From Heterodontus francisci (lineage: Eukaryota): a stretch of 64,000 nt of DNA. Below, in pieces: positions 60,888 through 64,000 of the stretch (positions within the stretch are counted from its first letter, which is position 1; each line of letters opens with the position of its first letter). The stretch spans positions 31,292,180 to 31,356,179 of the forward strand of contig NC_090390.1 of assembly GCF_036365525.1 (NCBI RefSeq), in the 5' to 3' direction. The notes below the pieces were generated by a model. It saw only the letters and a list, made by a program, of their open reading frames with translations. It did no database searches and was not told the origin of the DNA. Made by a program: the position numbers and the translations under genes.

Positions 60888-63800
60888 TCAGAGTCATAGA
60901 ATTATAAAGCGCAGAAACAGGCCCTTCGGCCCATCACACACCAATCTATTCTAATCCCATTTTCCAGCACTTGGCCCATAGCCTTTTATGCTATGGCTTT
61001 TCAAGTGCTCATCTAAATACTTCTTAAATGTTGAGGGTTCCTGCCTCTACCACCCCTTCAGGCAGTGTGTTCCAGATTCCAACCACCCTCTGGGTGAAAA
61101 TGTTTTTCCTCAAATCCCCTTTAAACCTCCTGTCCCTTACCTTAAATCTGTGCCCCCTGGTTGTTGACCCCTCCGCTAAGGGAAAAAGTTTCTTCCTACC
61201 AACCTTATCTATGCCCCTCAATTTTGTATACCTCAATCAGGTCCCCCCTCAGCCTTCTCTGCTCTAAGGAAAACAACCCTAGCCTATCCAGTGTCTCTTC
61301 ATAGCTGAAATGCTCCAGCCCAGGGCCTGGAGCATTTCAGCTATGAAGAGACACTGGGTATGTTAGGGTTGTGTGAATCCTGGTGAATCTCCTCTGCACC
61401 CTTTCCAGTGCAATCACATTCTTCCTATAATGTGGCGAGCAGAACTGTACAGAGCTGTGGCCTAACTAGCATTTTATACAGCTCCATCATAACCTCCCTG
61501 CTCTTATAGTCTATGCCTCAGCTAATAAATGCAAGTATCCCATATGCCTTCCTAACCACCTTATCTACATGTGCTGCTGCCGTCAGTGATCTATGGACAA
61601 GTACACCAAGGTCCCTCTGACCCTCTGTACTTCCTAGGGTCCGACCATCCATTGTATATTCTCTTGCCTTTTTAGTCCTCGCAAAATGCATCACCTCACA
61701 CTTCTCAGGATTAAATTCCATTTGCCACAGCTCTACCCACCTTACCAGCCCATCTATAAAGTCCTGTAATCTAAGGCTTTCCTCCTCACTATTTAAGACT
61801 TATTGAGCATGCCTCCTATATTCACATCTAAATCATTAAGGTACACTACAAACAGCAAGAGTCGCAGCACCAATCCCTGCGGTACACCACTGGTCACAGG
61901 CTTCCGATAACAAAAACAACCCTCGACCATCACCCTCTGCCTCCTGCCATTAAGCCAATTTTGGAACCAATTTGCCAAACTGCCCTGGATCCCATGGGCT
62001 CTTACCTTCTTGACCAATCTCCCATGCAGGACCTTATCAAAGCCTTACTGAAGTCCACGTAGACTACATCAACTGCTTTACCTTCATCTACACATATAGT
62101 CACCTCCTCGAAAAATTCAATCAAATTTGTCAGACATGATCTCCCTGTCAAAGCCATGCTGACTATCCTTGATTAATCCCTGCCTCTCATCTGGGCCTGG
62201 GAATTTATCCACTTTTAAGCCCGCTAAAACCTCCTCCCCTTCAATGCTAATTTGTTCAAGTATATCACAAGCCCCCTCCTTGATGTCTACACCTACATCG
62301 ACCTTCTCCATAGTGAACACAGATGAAAAGTAATCATTTAAAACCTCACCTACGTCCTTCAGCTCCTCACACAGATTGCCACTTTGGTCCCTAATGGGCC
62401 CTACTCTTCCCCTTGTTATCCTCTTGCCCTTAATATACTTACAAAACGCCTTGGGATTTTCCTTTATCTTGCCCGCCAGGGATTTTTCATGCCCCCTCTT
62501 TGCTCTCCTAGTTTACTTTTTTTTTTAGTACCCCCCTACACTTTCTATACTCGTCTTGGGCCTCAACTGTTTTCAGCCCTCTGAATCTGCCATAAGCCTC
62601 CTTTTTTTTACCTTATCCAATCTTCTATATCCCTTGATAACCAGAGTTCCCTGGACTTGTTGGTCCTACCCTTCACCTTTTTGGGAACATGTTGGCCCTG
62701 AACACACTCTATTTCCTTTTTTGAATGACTTCCACTGGTCTGACGTAGACTTTCCTACAAGTAGCTGCTCCCAGTCCACTTTGGCCAGATCTTATTTTAT
62801 CATATTGAAATCAGCCTTTCCCCAATTCAGTACCTTTATTTCCAGTCCATCTTTGTCCTTTTCCATAACTACCTTAAATCTTACAGAGTTAGGGTCACTA
62901 TCCCCAAAAGGCTCCCCCACTGACGCTTCTAGCACTTGTCTGGCATCATTCCCTAAATTAGGTCCAGTACCACCCCTTCTCGTGTAGGACTTTCTAGGTG
63001 CTAGCTCAAAAAGTTCTCCTGGATGCACTTTAAGAATTCTGCCCCTTTAAGCCTTTTGCCCCAAGGCTATCCCAGTTAATATTGGGGAAGTTGAAATTCC
63101 CCATTACCCTATTATTTTTACACCTCTCTGAGATTTGCCTACATATGTGCTCCTCTATCTCTCCCCGACTGCTAGGAGGCCTGTAGTACACTCCCAGCAA
63201 AGTGAGAGCCCCCTTTTTGTTTTTAAATTCTACCGATATGGCCTCATTTGAGGAACCTTCTAAGATATCATCCCTCCTTACTGCAGTAATTGACTCCTTG
63301 ATCAATAGTGTAATGCCACCTCCTCTTTTACACCCCCCTCCCCCCCACCCACGCCTGAAAATTCTATACCCTGGAATACTGATCTGCCAGTCCTGCTCTT
63401 CCCTCAACCATGTCTGTGATAGCAATAATATCATATTCCCATGTGTTAATCAATGCCCTCAATAAGACTCCTTGCATTAAAATAGATACAATCCAGCCTA
63501 GTATTATTCACTTGCACTTTAACAGGTCTATATTTGCTCTGCCTTCCAGACTGACTTAGTTTCTCTTCTATATTTGGCCATACATAACCCCCTACTGTAC
63601 CTCCACTCTGTACCCCATTCCCCTGCCAAATTAGTTTAAACTTCACCATTTTCTCCACCCCCGCCCCCACACAACAGCACGAGCAAACCTCCCTGCAAGG
63701 ATGTCGGTCCCGTTCCGGTTCAGGTGCAATCCGTCCGACTTGTACACATCCTACCTCTGCCAGAAACAGACCCCGTGATCCAGGAAACTAAAGCCCTCCC

Positions 63801-64000
63801 TCCTGCACCAACTCTTCAGCCATGCATTCATCTGCTACTATTCCTATACTCACTACCACGTGGCACCGGGAGTAATCCAGAGATTACAACCTTTGAGGTC
63901 CTGCTTTTTAATCTGCTACCTAGCTCCCTAAATTCTTGTTGCAGGACCTCATCCCTCTTTCTATGTCATTGGTACCAATGTGAACCACGACCTCTGACTG
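60888..64000 (-). mobile_element. CR1 LINE (ORF1 esterase end, ORF2 with internal deletion), continues past the window
   Basis: CIYFNARS, QTWL, GGGI, GVYYRPP, GNFNFP and GDSD. Deletion junction PGPDE/RQGLIKDSQHGF. RT 3' part and tail. Confidence 0.92.
61273..61372. repeat. Fold-back inverted repeat (31-bp perfect arms, about 46 bp imperfect, 8-nt loop)
   Basis: 61288-61318 CCAGTGTCTCTTCATAGCTGAAATGCTCCAG is the exact reverse complement of 61327-61357. Confidence 0.93.

Overview
Repeat-rich vertebrate DNA; the HE1-type/V-SINEs, Deu-domain SINEs and CR1 subfamilies point to a shark or other cartilaginous fish. Two host genes lie head-to-tail on the minus strand. SGMS1 (sphingomyelin synthase 1) contributes its last two coding exons (58300-58466, 55421-55606) and 3'UTR. 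ASAH2 (neutral ceramidase) contributes its first three coding exons (31512-31647, 16820-16908, 3270-3419), which splice in phase. The rest is mostly decayed mobile DNA: many CR1 LINEs, L2, RTE, a second CR1/L2-group LINE, Penelope-like elements whose terminal repeats carry minimal hammerhead-ribozyme motifs, three SINE types, five ~1-kb solo-LTR-like elements, a MITE, a Harbinger transposase relic split by nested insertions, and a 37-bp minisatellite of about 48 copies. I see no clearly new coding system. The most unusual items are short TSD-flanked hammerhead-bearing inserts near the ASAH2 5' end, an unclassified TSD-flanked insert with CTCF and NRF1 consensus sites, a de novo fold-back hairpin in an SGMS1 intron, a monomer seed of the minisatellite, and a very short ASAH2 mucin-box stalk. 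Family names come from recalled motifs, not database searches, and boundaries of degenerate repeats are approximate.
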